The translations under genes and the position numbers were made by a program. Below the pieces are notes generated by a model that saw only the letters and a program-made list of their open reading frames with translations, was not told where the DNA came from and searched no databases. 64,000 nucleotides of DNA from Deltaproteobacteria bacterium (lineage in GTDB: Bacteria > Myxococcota_A > Polyangia > Polyangiales > Houyiibacteriaceae). How positions within the stretch are numbered: position 1 is the first letter of the stretch; each line of letters begins with the position of its first letter. The stretch spans positions 1 through 64,000 of the forward strand of contig JAXMNT010000024.1 of assembly GCA_034670305.1 (NCBI GenBank), given 5' to 3'. Shown one piece after another: positions 1 through 10,616 of this stretch.

Positions 1-64
1 GTCCGCTGGGCATCGCGCTCCGATTCGCGCCTCGCCGTCGCGAAACACACGGCGTCCACGACGC

Positions 65-97
65 GGGCAAGGGCACGGGCAAGGGCAACGGCAAGGG
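65..97. repeat. (GGGCAA/GGGCAC)n hexamer cap tract (locus R0)
   Basis: GGGCAA GGGCAC GGGCAA GGGCAA CGGCAA GGG; same unit as other intergenic tracts in the window. Confidence 0.85.
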
Positions 98-148
98 AGC
101 AGGTCGCTTTTCAGCGACCTGCTAGCCGAGCCTTCGGGCAGTTGCGCC

Positions 149-994
149 TCAGCCGAGTCGGGTGAGGATCGCGTCGAGGCCGGGGCTCTCGGCGCCGCCC
201 TCGAACATCGCGACGCCCGAGCGCTCGTACGCTTCGGTGCGTTCTTTGAGGACGAGGTGCACGTCGGTGCCGAGCTGGCCGGGGAGGGCCAGGTCGAGCT
301 CGAAGATGTCGCCGGCCACGAGCGTGGTTTCGGGGGTGGCGCCGGTCTCCGTCCACAGCTTGGCGAGCAGATCGAAGTAGGGTCCGCGTCGCAGCAGCAC
401 CGGCCGCTCGATGTGATCGATCGACATCGACTCGGGCACAGCGTCGAAGCGCGGGTCCGGCTGCGCGGGTTCCGCCACGACGAATTTGCGCGCGTCGCCG
501 AAGACGCGCAGGTTCTCGCGGCCCTTGGGCGCGAGCACGTCGATCTTGTGTTCGACATCGTCCGTCGCGGAGTTGGTGACCACGCAGATGTGGGCGTCGC
601 CGGCGAGCAGGGTCTCGACGACCTCTTTGGCTTCGGGGCGGAAGACGGTGTCCGCCTTCGGGTAGTTCTCGAAGTACAGGCGCTGAAGCAGCGCGCGACG
701 TTCTTCGACCTCCGTGTGGAGACCTCGTTTGTCGAGCATCAGGTTGAGAATGATGGTCGCACGCAGGTAAGGATCGGCGTTGCCAGGAGCGACGACGAGC
801 CCTTCGTAGGTCCATCCGTGTTTCGTCGGCGCTTCGGCCACGAGCGCGGCGGTGGCGTCCCACTCCGCGTCGATGTCTTCGTTCCCGAGCAATGCGCGCA
901 CTTCGGCCATGTAGGCCGCGAAGAACGGGCCGGCCTCTTGTTCGACGTCGGTGAACGTTCCATCGAAGTCGAGAATCACGAGGGAGTGGCGCAT
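149..994 (-). CDS. HAD-superfamily hydrolase
   Basis: N-terminal VILDFDGT motif I, VVTNS motif II, VAGD..ELD motif IV; start trimmed to ATG 994. Confidence 0.8.
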   Translation of the reverse strand: MRHSLVILDFDGTFTDVEQEAGPFFAAYMAEVRALLGNEDIDAEWDATAALVAEAPTKHGWTYEGLVVAPGNADPYLRATIILNLMLDKRGLHTEVEERRALLQRLYFENYPKADTVFRPEAKEVVETLLAGDAHICVVTNSATDDVEHKIDVLAPKGRENLRVFGDARKFVVAEPAQPDPRFDAVPESMSIDHIERPVLLRRGPYFDLLAKLWTETGATPETTLVAGDIFELDLALPGQLGTDVHLVLKERTEAYERSGVAMFEGGAESPGLDAILTRLG

Positions 995-1168
995 CGGGAG
1001 CGCGCCTCTTAGCCCGAGGACCCCGATCGCACAAGCCGCCCCCCGAACGGCGTCCGTGAACGGAGTCCACCATGATCCGCACAGTGATCGTCTGCGTGGT
1101 CGACTGCGGTGCGTGCGCGAGCGCGGACGCATCTTGTCGTCGTCCCGGTTTGGTGCCAGGTGTGTGCG

Positions 1169-1708
1169 ATGAGTTCTGCCGCGCCCACCCAACCCGAGAC
1201 CGTTCGGCAGGATCGCGCGTTCTTCGTCTTCAACGCGGTCGTCAGCGTGGTCGCACTCGCTGTGCTCGCCTGGCTGCTGGTGTTTCGGCGTGGCGAAGAA
1301 GGACAGCTGGACCTCTCGTTCATGCCGACCGTCAACGCGTCGCTGAACGCGACGGCGGCGGTGTTGCTGACCGCGGGGTGGCTCGCCATCCGCAAGGGGC
1401 GCATCGGTCTGCACAAGCGGCTGATGACGGCCAGCTTCGCCGCCTCTGCCTTCTTTCTCGTCGGCTACCTCGCGTACCACTACGTGCACGGAGACACCCG
1501 ATACGAAGGCGCGTACCGAGGCGTCTACCTTCCGCTGCTCATCAGCCACATCGTGCTCTCGATTCCGGTCGTACCGCTCGCCTTGAGCGCGTTCTACTTC
1601 GCGTGGCGCGAGCGGTTCGAGACCCACAAGAAGATCACGCGCATCCTCGCGCCGATGTGGATCTACGTCAGCGTGACCGGCGTGATGGTCTACTTCTTCT
1701 TGCGCTAG
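1169..1708 (+). CDS. DUF420-family membrane protein
   Basis: Hydrophobic helices with LNA, HKRLM, FLVGYLAYH, LISHI and HKK..R...PMWIYVSVTG motifs. Confidence 0.85.
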   Translation: MSSAAPTQPETVRQDRAFFVFNAVVSVVALAVLAWLLVFRRGEEGQLDLSFMPTVNASLNATAAVLLTAGWLAIRKGRIGLHKRLMTASFAASAFFLVGYLAYHYVHGDTRYEGAYRGVYLPLLISHIVLSIPVVPLALSAFYFAWRERFETHKKITRILAPMWIYVSVTGVMVYFFLR

Positions 1709-3450
1709 CCCGACCGGGACGCGTTCTCCCGCGCGGCCCGGATCGCCATCACGCCCTCGAGCAGCATCCACGCGGTGAGCGCCAGCAGCAGGGCGGCGAG
1801 ACCACCGAGCAGCCAGCGCTCGGCGGCGACGAACTCACGCAGCTTCGCGATCAGCGCGACGATCGCGACGAGCGTCACGATCGTCATCGGGATCACGAGC
1901 GGCAGCACGGGTTTGTTGCGCACCGCGAAGTAGAGCGCGAGCACCATGAGCGTGAGCGCGGCGAGCAGCTGGTTGCTGGCGCCGAAGATCGGCCAGAGCA
2001 CCCAGCCGAGCTGCGTGGTGGAACTCCCGGTCGGCACCTCCCCGAACGCGAGCGCCGCCGCGGGGACCACCGCACACGCCGTCGCCACGAAGCGGTTCTT
2101 GAGCGGCGCGATGCGGGTGGCTTCGCCGAGCTCCGCGAGGATGAAACGCTGGATGCGCGTCGCGGTGTCGAGCGTGGTCGCCGCGAAACTGATCACCAAG
2201 ACCGCCATCAGCGTACGCGCGAGTTCGGTGGGGAGGCCCACCGCTTCGAGGAACGCTCCGCCGCCCAGCACGAACGCCGCCGCTTTGTTGGCGCCCGCGT
2301 GCGCCCACGAGTCGTAGTAGGTCGCCCAACCCAGATCCAACACCGGCCCCTGGCCCGGCAGCGTGCAGGCACCCACGAGTCCGATGCCGGCGACCGCGGC
2401 GAGGGTGGATGCGAGCGCAAGCGAACCTTCGCCGAGCATGCTGCCGTAGCCGACCAGCCGCGCGTCGCGCATGCGGCCGAGCTGCTTCGACGTGGTGCCG
2501 GACGAGACGAGGCCGTGGAACCCACTGATCGCACCACACGCGACGGTCACGAAGAGCACGGGGAAGATCGATGGCGCACCTTCTTCCGGCGTGCGGATGG
2601 CGGGCGCGTCGAACTCGGGGTTGGCCACCACGAGTCCCAAGAAGAGCAGACCCAGTCCGACGACGAGCTGATGGCTGTTGATGAAGTCGCGCGGCTGCAG
2701 AAGCAGCCAGACCGGCAGGAGGCTGGCGACCGCCGAGTACAGAAGCAGGAAGACGATCCAGCCGTCGCGGGCCTCCGACGGAGTCCAGCCCCAAGCGGTG
2801 AGATCGACCGGCGCCTTCGTGCCCACCCAGACGAGCGCGTAGAGCACCGCGAGCGCGAAGAGCGAAGGCCACAAGGGCCGCATCTTGCGGCGGTGCAAGA
2901 GCCACCCGACGAGCACCGCGAGGACGATCTCGCTCTGGATGGGAACCACGCTGGTGGGCTGCGAGACGAAGAGCCCGGCGATGGCCATCGCGAAGACGGC
3001 GAGCACGAGCCAGACCAGCACCACCACGAAACAGAGGAACAAGACCCGGGCGCGTCCGCTGAAGACTCGGCCAGCGATGTCGGCGATGGAGCGACCGCCC
3101 TCGCGTGCGCTGACGACGAGCGCTCCGAAGTCGTGAACCGCGCCCATGAAGATCGTGCCGACGACCACCCAAGCGAGCGCCGGCAGCCAGCCCCAGTACG
3201 CCGCGACGCACGGCCCGATGATCGGGGCCGCGCCGGCGATCGAGGTGAAGTGGTGGCCGAGCAACACATGGCGGTCGGTCGCGACGAAGTCGACTCCGTC
3301 TGCGAACTCTTCCGACGGCATCGGCCGCTCGTGTCCTTCGGTGTCGACGAGTTGTGCGTCCTCGAAGAGCTTCTCGCCCAGGTAGCGGGCGTAGAAGCGG
3401 TAGCCGAGCACGAACGACGCCAAGATCAGCGCAGCGGCGAGAACGACCAC
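1705..3450 (-). CDS. cstA: Carbon starvation protein A (CstA) transporter
   Basis: GHHFTSIAGAAPIIGP, GAVHDF, LLQPRD, ACGAISGFH, LWPIFGASNQLLA motifs. Confidence 0.93.
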   Translation of the reverse strand: MVVLAAALILASFVLGYRFYARYLGEKLFEDAQLVDTEGHERPMPSEEFADGVDFVATDRHVLLGHHFTSIAGAAPIIGPCVAAYWGWLPALAWVVVGTIFMGAVHDFGALVVSAREGGRSIADIAGRVFSGRARVLFLCFVVVLVWLVLAVFAMAIAGLFVSQPTSVVPIQSEIVLAVLVGWLLHRRKMRPLWPSLFALAVLYALVWVGTKAPVDLTAWGWTPSEARDGWIVFLLLYSAVASLLPVWLLLQPRDFINSHQLVVGLGLLFLGLVVANPEFDAPAIRTPEEGAPSIFPVLFVTVACGAISGFHGLVSSGTTSKQLGRMRDARLVGYGSMLGEGSLALASTLAAVAGIGLVGACTLPGQGPVLDLGWATYYDSWAHAGANKAAAFVLGGGAFLEAVGLPTELARTLMAVLVISFAATTLDTATRIQRFILAELGEATRIAPLKNRFVATACAVVPAAALAFGEVPTGSSTTQLGWVLWPIFGASNQLLAALTLMVLALYFAVRNKPVLPLVIPMTIVTLVAIVALIAKLREFVAAERWLLGGLAALLLALTAWMLLEGVMAIRAARENASRSG

Positions 3451-3456
3451 GTGAGT

Positions 3457-6021
3457 TCAGTCGGGGGAGGTCGGCGGCGCGCCGGCGCCGGCGAGCGCGA
3501 AGAACGACGAGACGAGGTCCGACTGCACCGCGGCCGGATCGGGGGCGGCCAGTGCGGCGCTCGACAGAGGACCGGAGGCGCGCGTCCGGAAACGCTGCAG
3601 GTGGGCCGCGTCGACCTCGAACCCGCCGCGGTCGTCGTAGGCCGCTGGGATGCCGACCATGCCCACGCCTTCGTCGTAGAAGCGGTAGGTGCGCAGGGTG
3701 ATCGCGCGCCCCGAAGGAATGTGCATCACGCGCACGATGGGACCCGAGTGGTGCGCCAGGTGGGCACCGCCCGGCGCGAACGCGAGCCGGTCGGTGTCGA
3801 AGCATGGACCAAGCCGCTGGACACGCCCGGTCAATGCATCGCGCACCGTCACGTCGCCCCCGCCGTCCTCGGACGCCACACAAGTGGCGATGGCGTCGCC
3901 CGTGTCGCTCACGGCGTGCATGCGCGGCACGTCCTGGCGCAGACGCTCATTGCCTTCCGCGTCGATCACCCGGACGAGCTCGTTGCTGTCGATGATCAAC
4001 GCGTCGCCCGCGAAGCGGAGCGGCAAGATGCCTTCGGGCGAGGGCGTGGAGGCCTTCTGGGCGCCGGTCGCGACGTCGAGGATCGTCACCGACTCGGAGG
4101 TCGCGAACGCGAGCAGCGCGCCGTCCGGGTGGTAGGTCGCCTGCAGCACGTGGCCGGGCAGTTCGATGCGCGCGCGGGAGCGGCCACCGCGCACGGCGTA
4201 GAGTTCTGCCAGGTCGCGTTGGCCATCGTCGGCGCGCCGCCACGAGACGAACACCGATCCACCATCGGGCGCGACCTGGACGTAGCGGGCCGCGCTGGCA
4301 CCAGCCGAACGGAGGCGTGCTTTGCGGCGGCCCCGCGCGTCGAACACGAGGACGGCGTCGCCGACCGCGAGCGCGACGATGCTTCCGTCGGCGGCCACGC
4401 TGGCCTGTCCGCAGGGACCGTATTCGCAGCTGGGCGTGCCTCCGAGTCGGAGCGTGGGGCCGGGGCGCGCGGAGGACGCGTTCTGAACCCGCACGACCGC
4501 ATTGTCGCGGGTGATGGCGACGTTGCCCGACGGGTTCACGGCGATGAGTCCGTTGAAGCGCGCCAGCACATCGCCGCTGCGCACGTCGCATACTCGGTTG
4601 CCCTGCTGGTAGAGCGGTGTGCCGCCCTCGGGGAAGAGCGGGTTGCCGGTGCCGCTGCACGACGAGCTGAAGGTGCCCGCGGCGCCCCAGGTCTCGATGC
4701 CGGCGCGACCCCACGTGGCCAAAGTCTGACCGTCTGGAGACCAGGTCACGCCCCACACGGAGTGTTCGCCGCTGCCGCCGGGCAACAGAAAGCGCCGCTC
4801 GCCCGTCGCCGCGTCGAGGACCTCGAGGTCGGGGCCTTCGGCGAGTGCGATGAGCGTGCCGTCCGGGCTGATCGCGAGCGCGCTCACCGATTCTGCCGTC
4901 GCGATGAGCTCGCCCGTCTCGCCGGTCCGGAGATCGACCGAACGAACTCCGTCCCGCTCGACGACGAAGGCGCGCGCGCGGCTCGGGTCGAGCGCGTAGT
5001 GGTTGGCGTCGCGGACTTCGAACGCCGCCACCCGTTCGCCGGTCTGGGCATCGAAGGAACGCACGCGGCCGGCACGAGACCGTCCGACGATGAGTGACCC
5101 ATCGCCGGACCAGCCGACCTCGACGACCGCGTCGTCCTCGACGTCCGCGTCGAAGCGCAACATCTGGCGCACCGAGCCATCGCGTGGGTCGCGGACCATG
5201 ATGTGTCCGTCGTCCATGGTGGTCAGGAGCGCGCCGCCGCCGGGCCGGTAGTTCGGGGCAAGCCAGCGCCGGCCTTCCTCTGCGGTCAGCGTCAGCTTGA
5301 TTTCGCCGCTGGCTGCGTCGAGCAGCCAGATCTGTCCGGCCGTCCTCGAGTGCACGGTCAAGGTGGCGCCGCTCGGTGCGAACTCGAAGGTCTCGTTGCC
5401 CTCCGAGCCCACGCCGGTCGAGTGCACCACTCCGTCGGGGGTGCGCAGCACCACCTCGAACGCGTCCTGGTCGCCGGACATGCCCAGGTACGCGAGGGTC
5501 GTATCGTCCGGATGGACCGCGAACCGGGTCGCGTCGAACATCAATCCAGGACCGAGGAGCCACTGCCACGAGTTCTGGTGCAGGTCCCAGCGGAGCACAC
5601 CCCCGGAGCCGTCGAACCCGGACGAGGACGCGACGACGACGCTGCGGCCCGACCGGTCCGGGAGCACCAATCGGTGGCCGGTGCGGATGAACACGCGGCG
5701 GCTGGCCCGCATCTCCCCGGTGCGCGCGTCGACGACGCTCGCGACACCATCGGCGCTGACGAGTGTGATTTGGCGGCTGTCCGGGGTGAACGCGAGGTCG
5801 GAGAGACCGCGCCGATGGGCGGACTGGAAGACGAGCTCCGGGGCCGCCGCGGGTGCGTTCGCATCCCACTGTCGCATGGGGGGCGGCACGTCCGACGCCA
5901 CGAGCATGTTCGGCGCAGCGACCGGTTCGGGCCGCTGCATGTTCTGAGGGGTCGTGTGTACGGGCGGTGGACCGCAGGCGACCGTGAGGAGGAGGACGGG
6001 GGCGACGAACGACCGGATCAT
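3457..6021 (-). CDS. WD40/beta-propeller lipoprotein
   Basis: Lipobox-like LTVAC; repeated AFTPD, AISPDG, TWSPDG, YHPDG blades; start set at ATG 6021. Confidence 0.8.
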   Translation of the reverse strand: MIRSFVAPVLLLTVACGPPPVHTTPQNMQRPEPVAAPNMLVASDVPPPMRQWDANAPAAAPELVFQSAHRRGLSDLAFTPDSRQITLVSADGVASVVDARTGEMRASRRVFIRTGHRLVLPDRSGRSVVVASSSGFDGSGGVLRWDLHQNSWQWLLGPGLMFDATRFAVHPDDTTLAYLGMSGDQDAFEVVLRTPDGVVHSTGVGSEGNETFEFAPSGATLTVHSRTAGQIWLLDAASGEIKLTLTAEEGRRWLAPNYRPGGGALLTTMDDGHIMVRDPRDGSVRQMLRFDADVEDDAVVEVGWSGDGSLIVGRSRAGRVRSFDAQTGERVAAFEVRDANHYALDPSRARAFVVERDGVRSVDLRTGETGELIATAESVSALAISPDGTLIALAEGPDLEVLDAATGERRFLLPGGSGEHSVWGVTWSPDGQTLATWGRAGIETWGAAGTFSSSCSGTGNPLFPEGGTPLYQQGNRVCDVRSGDVLARFNGLIAVNPSGNVAITRDNAVVRVQNASSARPGPTLRLGGTPSCEYGPCGQASVAADGSIVALAVGDAVLVFDARGRRKARLRSAGASAARYVQVAPDGGSVFVSWRRADDGQRDLAELYAVRGGRSRARIELPGHVLQATYHPDGALLAFATSESVTILDVATGAQKASTPSPEGILPLRFAGDALIIDSNELVRVIDAEGNERLRQDVPRMHAVSDTGDAIATCVASEDGGGDVTVRDALTGRVQRLGPCFDTDRLAFAPGGAHLAHHSGPIVRVMHIPSGRAITLRTYRFYDEGVGMVGIPAAYDDRGGFEVDAAHLQRFRTRASGPLSSAALAAPDPAAVQSDLVSSFFALAGAGAPPTSPD

Positions 6022-6094
6022 GCGCGAGAGACTACAGCGAATCCATGCACGAGGGGTGGAGGCCGCGGACACCCCTGCGCCGCCAGGGTTCGTC

Positions 6095-7030
6095 TCAGGT
6101 CACGGTGCGAAGCACGAACCGTTCGAGGGCGCGTCCGAGCCGATCGGGTCCGGTGCGGCCTTGCAACCGGCGCTGCGCCTCGACGTACGCGGGCACGTCG
6201 CGCGCGCGGCGCGGCAACCTCGGATAACCCGCGCGGAGGGTGCGGATCGAGGCCTTGAACATCGCCTGTTCGGTCCGCCCGAACGACCACCCGAGCTGCT
6301 CGCGCACGGTCTGGGGAAGCAGGCCCGAGGTCATGGTCTTGTACCAGGACATCAGCGGCCTCGCGGAGGGGCGCGCAGGGGTCAGGAGGAACGCGCTCAT
6401 CTCCCGCGCGGGACCCCCGACCGCGATCTGATCCGAGTGGACCATGCGATCGAAGTAGCGGCTGAACGCGGCCCAGTCCGGCGGCAGCTCCGATTCGGGC
6501 ACGCCGAAGAGCATCGCGAAACACTTGGCCTCCGCGTAGTACTGCTCGCGCTCCTGCGTGGTGAGCGGACGGACGACGAGCTCGTACACCTGCACGGCGG
6601 TGTAGATGAGCGTGGTGTGCACCCACAGGAGCGAAGGCGCGTCGTTCGCTTCGTAGGTCTGACCTTGGTGGAACGCGCCGACGTCTTCGCGGATCGGCCC
6701 GCGGATGTGGTCGTGAATGTGCCGCACCCGCCGAGATGCGGAGAGCACCATCTCGAGGTCCCCGAACAGGATCGCGTTCACGTGCTGGAAGGTGCGTTGA
6801 AACCGTCCAAGCGGATCGGTCCGCGTCGCGCTGTGTTGGTCGACGGCGTGCGCGACGAATGGATGTGCGAGTTGGAGGAGGGCCGCGCATCCGCCGCCGA
6901 GAAAGAGCACGGACTCCCGCGCAATCTCCCACGTCATGCTCCCCGGCCCGTACAGCCCAGCACTCGGCTCCCGCACATGCTCCGTCGCCCGCCGGACCGA
7001 CTCTTCGTAACTCTCGCGACTGACGTGCAT
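6095..7030 (-). CDS. Oxygenase MpaB / DUF2236 family protein
   Basis: [41 protein letters not shown] motifs. Confidence 0.85.
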   Translation of the reverse strand: MHVSRESYEESVRRATEHVREPSAGLYGPGSMTWEIARESVLFLGGGCAALLQLAHPFVAHAVDQHSATRTDPLGRFQRTFQHVNAILFGDLEMVLSASRRVRHIHDHIRGPIREDVGAFHQGQTYEANDAPSLLWVHTTLIYTAVQVYELVVRPLTTQEREQYYAEAKCFAMLFGVPESELPPDWAAFSRYFDRMVHSDQIAVGGPAREMSAFLLTPARPSARPLMSWYKTMTSGLLPQTVREQLGWSFGRTEQAMFKASIRTLRAGYPRLPRRARDVPAYVEAQRRLQGRTGPDRLGRALERFVLRTVT

Positions 7031-7067
7031 GCCGTCCCGCAGGATACCCCACCCCCCACACCCTCGC

Positions 7068-7374
7068 TTGCCCTTGCCCCTGCCCTTGCCCCTGCCCTTG
7101 CCCTTGAGTGCAGGCGCGGCGCTTCGGCTTCGGCTTCGGCTTCGGCTTCTGCGTCGGCTTCTGCTTCTGCTTCTGCTTCTGCTTCTCCGTCGGCGTCGGC
7201 GTCGGCTTCTGCGTCGGCGTCGGCTTCGGCGTCGGCTTCGGCTTCGGCTTCGGCGTCGGCGTCGGCGTCGGCTTCGGCTTCGGCTTCGGCTCCGGCGTCG
7301 GCTTCGGCGTCGGCTTCGGCTTCAGATTCGTGAGTGCAGGCCTCCCCGTTCGGGCACGGGCACGGGCACGGGCA
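7068..7374. repeat. Complete hexamer-repeat element R1: C-rich cap, (GGCKTC/TGCTTC)n core, G-rich cap
   Basis: (YTGCCC)n 7068-7106; core 7121-7323; (GGGCAC)n 7352-7374; TGAGTGCAGGC direct repeat at 7105-7115 and 7331-7341. Confidence 0.92.
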
Positions 7375-7394
7375 GCCTCGGCTTCAGCCCCCGC

Positions 7395-8147
7395 TCACCG
7401 CTTCTTCGGCACCGGCGAGAATCGATCCATCACCCACCGGGTCGCGCCCGGCAGGTGCCGCGCCGCCGCATAGAACTCCGGGTAGATGACCCGATCCCGC
7501 TTGCGCTCCACCGCGCGCACCACCCGCTTCGCGAGCCCCTCCACCGTGCCGGTCGGAAGCATGGCGGGCGGCGCGTCGTACCGGTCCATCGCGGCCGCCG
7601 CCATGTTGGTCTCCACCGGGCCTGGGTACACCGTCACGACGTGCACGCCCGCCTTCGCGACCTCCGCCCGGAGCGCTTCACTCGCCGCCGCGAGGCCCGC
7701 CTTCGAGGCGCTGTAGTGGACCATGCCGAGGGTCGGCGCGATGCCCGCGAGCGAGGCCACGTCGACGATCGCACCATGGCCGCGTTCGATCATGCCGGGA
7801 AGGACTCGGGCATGCAGGCGCAGCGGTGCGAGCAGATTCAATCGGAGCAGCCGCTCCCCCTCGTCGACCGGCACATCCACCGTCTGCGCCACGATCTGGA
7901 TGCCGGCGTTGTTGATGCAGATGTCCACCGGGCCGAAACCGGCTTCTGCGCGATCGACCACGCCGTCGATCGAATCGAGCACCGTGAGGTCGGCCGAGAT
8001 CACCTGCGCGCGTCCGAGTTCGGTCGCGAGCGTTTCGAGTTTGCCCACCGAACGGGCGACCAGCGAGACCTGATCGCCACGCGAAGAGAAAGGGCGCGCG
8101 AGCGCTTCGCCGATTCCCGAACTGGCGCCCGTGACGAGTACATGCAT
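7395..8147 (-). CDS. Short-chain dehydrogenase/reductase (SDR)
   Basis: TGASSGIG, NNAG, YSASK (YxxxK), PGPVET. Confidence 0.93.
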   Translation of the reverse strand: MHVLVTGASSGIGEALARPFSSRGDQVSLVARSVGKLETLATELGRAQVISADLTVLDSIDGVVDRAEAGFGPVDICINNAGIQIVAQTVDVPVDEGERLLRLNLLAPLRLHARVLPGMIERGHGAIVDVASLAGIAPTLGMVHYSASKAGLAAASEALRAEVAKAGVHVVTVYPGPVETNMAAAAMDRYDAPPAMLPTGTVEGLAKRVVRAVERKRDRVIYPEFYAAARHLPGATRWVMDRFSPVPKKR

Positions 8148-8189
8148 GCGGGCGAGCGTAGCAGGACCGCCACGCGGTTCAGCGTGCCG

Positions 8190-10616
8190 TCACGGCCGGA
8201 AGTGCCATTGCTCCATGCCGGTGCCGAACATCATGTCCGCGGGCACGTCGGACCAGCCGACGAGGGCAGGGTCGGCGAGGATGCGTTGGGCGACAAAGAC
8301 GCACGGAAGGTTGGGCAGGCGTTCGGTGGTCAGGGCCAGCAGGGCATCGCGGAGTTGACGGCGGCGTTCTGGGTAGAGCGCGTGTTTCTCTCGCTCCACC
8401 AGATCGTGGATGTCGTCGGTGTAGGCGTCGTGGCGTACGTCGGTCGCGTAGGCGCCTTGGCTCAGTGGGAGGCTCCAGTAGCGGCGCGGCAAGGCGTCGC
8501 GGGCCCCGCGAAGGATGTGGAGCAAGAGTCCGCCGTGGCCCTGATCGAGGTACGCGCGGTGCGTGCTCGGAATGGTCCGCACGCGCACGACCCATCCCAT
8601 CGCCCGCAGGTCGGGCACGAGGACCTCGCCGAGGCGTTGGTCCATTTCGGTTTCCGCCGTGATGAGGTCGATGGTCGACCCCACCAGACCGAGGCGCTCC
8701 ATCTCGGCGCGGGCGACGGCGGGCTCGTAGGGGGTGATCGTCGCACCGGGCGGCAGGTCGGAGACGGGTGCGTGGGCGACGCGTCCCGCGTCTCCGTAGA
8801 CCTCGCGCGCGATGCGCTCGCGGTTGAGGCCGCGCAGCATCGCGCGACGCACCTCCAGCCGACCGAGCAGCGGGTGGTTCATGTCCGGGTTGAGGAACGT
8901 GAAGAACGGAGACGCTTGAATGTGCACCGCGTCGGGGCGTGTGCGTCGAAGTTCGAGGGCCTGGTCCATCGTGATCGCGTTCGGGATGGTGAGGTCGATC
9001 TCACCGGCTTCGAACGCGCGGATGAGCGCTTCCGAATCCGCGACCTGGATTTCGATCCGCTCGAGGTTGCCTGGGCTCCCTGGGAACTCCGGGTTGCGCT
9101 CGGCGACTGCGCGCGTGCCGGCTTCGAACTCGACGACGCGGTAGGGGCCGAGACCTGGGTGCGGGTTCGCGCGCCGGAAGTCGCGAAGTGCGTCGTACCC
9201 CCCGTCCCGAAACGTCTCTTCGAGCACGTGCGAGGGCCAGACGAGCGGGGTCTCCAGTGCTTCGGCGAGCCGACCGTCCCACGTCACCACGAGCGTGCGA
9301 TCGTCGGGCGCTTGCCAGCGCACCGCGTGCTCTGGCTCGTAGGCGTCCCATGGGAGGGTGAGGTCGCGCGCGACCACGGGCCGACCGTCCGACCAGCGCA
9401 CGCCTTCGCGCAGCTTCCACGTGATCTCGAGCCGTCCGTCGGCGAGGAACCGCACGAAGTCGTTGTCGATGCCGGGGGTGTGCTCGAGGAACCAGGGCTT
9501 GTGGGTGTGGTCGATGTCTTCGTGCAGCGGCTCCCAGTACGCGACCGCGTTCAGGGGACTGCCGAGCAAGCTCGTCATTCGATTGGCGCCGATGCGCAGT
9601 ACCGGGCGGGCCGACTCTGCGCGGGTGTCGGTGGGGAGTGGCTGGGGCTGCAGCACCTCGACGACCGCCGGTCCGGGGATCGCCGCCCACACGGCCACGA
9701 AGGCGCCGACTGGGAGCACCACCCGCGCGGTGCGGTCGAGCCAGAGCGAGGCCCGCGGCTTTGCGGTTCGGACGAGCGAATGGGAGACGATGCTGACCAC
9801 CAGTGCGATCGAGCTCAGGAAGTAGGCGATGAGAAAGAGAATGTCGGCGAGCGTCAGGTAAGAGACCGACGGCAACGAATCGGCGACCGTGAACTGAAAC
9901 GCGAAACACGAGAGCAGCGCGGTCACGCCGATCGAGCTTCGCGGGGCGATGGTCTCTCCGGGCAAGAAGAGCGCGACCAACGAAACGAGCGCGATGATGG
10001 CCAAGGGCAGGAACAGTTTCAGTGCGACGGTCACGATCGGGCGTTTGAGCATGACCTCGTAGCCGACCCGATGAACGGTCGTCGGCAGTCCTTCGCGGGA
10101 CAGCAGGCCGAGGTCGGAGCTCACGGTGCGTTCGGTGACGCGGGGATGAAACTCTGGTTCGTAGAGCCAGTCGGTCAGGCTGAACCGTTCGGCCATGCCG
10201 CTGCCTGCCGCGTCGGGCACGAGCCGCCCATACTCTTCGGGCAACTCGAGCACGACCGCCACGCGCTGCTCGTCGTAGGGAAACCGCTGCATCGGGAACT
10301 CGCCCCGCAGCGTGCCGCGCATGCGCCAGCGCGCGGTGTGCCAGTCGCGGTCGCTCGCTTCTCCCAGCGGGGTGCGGTTCAGGGTGGCTGCGTTGGCGAC
10401 TTGGAGTTGCTCCGGATCGAAGTCCCCCCGCCACTTCGCCCAGAGCTCGAAGTCGACGTCGACCATCCCGTCCCTCAGCTGAAAGCGGGTGACGTCGTGC
10501 AAGTACACGCCGACGTACACGTCGCGTGAGGCATCCGCGTGGGCGGGGGCGTGGCCGAGGAGAAGCACCAGCAGGACGGCGGCCGCGGTTGCGATCTTGG
10601 CGCTGGACTCAGGCAT
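8190..10616 (-). CDS. Pentameric ligand-gated ion channel (GLIC/ELIC-like) fused to C-terminal family-5 ABC solute-binding domain
   Basis: Signal peptide (AHA-D); VYVGVYL, FPYDEQ Pro-loop; M1 KLFLPL, M2 [20 protein letters not shown]3, M4; then [33 protein letters not shown] typical of SBP_bac_5. Confidence 0.82.
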   Translation of the reverse strand: MPESSAKIATAAAVLLVLLLGHAPAHADASRDVYVGVYLHDVTRFQLRDGMVDVDFELWAKWRGDFDPEQLQVANAATLNRTPLGEASDRDWHTARWRMRGTLRGEFPMQRFPYDEQRVAVVLELPEEYGRLVPDAAGSGMAERFSLTDWLYEPEFHPRVTERTVSSDLGLLSREGLPTTVHRVGYEVMLKRPIVTVALKLFLPLAIIALVSLVALFLPGETIAPRSSIGVTALLSCFAFQFTVADSLPSVSYLTLADILFLIAYFLSSIALVVSIVSHSLVRTAKPRASLWLDRTARVVLPVGAFVAVWAAIPGPAVVEVLQPQPLPTDTRAESARPVLRIGANRMTSLLGSPLNAVAYWEPLHEDIDHTHKPWFLEHTPGIDNDFVRFLADGRLEITWKLREGVRWSDGRPVVARDLTLPWDAYEPEHAVRWQAPDDRTLVVTWDGRLAEALETPLVWPSHVLEETFRDGGYDALRDFRRANPHPGLGPYRVVEFEAGTRAVAERNPEFPGSPGNLERIEIQVADSEALIRAFEAGEIDLTIPNAITMDQALELRRTRPDAVHIQASPFFTFLNPDMNHPLLGRLEVRRAMLRGLNRERIAREVYGDAGRVAHAPVSDLPPGATITPYEPAVARAEMERLGLVGSTIDLITAETEMDQRLGEVLVPDLRAMGWVVRVRTIPSTHRAYLDQGHGGLLLHILRGARDALPRRYWSLPLSQGAYATDVRHDAYTDDIHDLVEREKHALYPERRRQLRDALLALTTERLPNLPCVFVAQRILADPALVGWSDVPADMMFGTGMEQWHFRP

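Noticed and set aside
1072-5097. Very long alternative-frame ORFs (e.g. 1072-5097, 7029-10529, 27975-31532, 22078-24921)
   Set aside because: Shadow ORFs typical of high-GC DNA, overlapping motif-supported genes. Only short real segments were kept (1169-1708 in another frame; 24397-24921).
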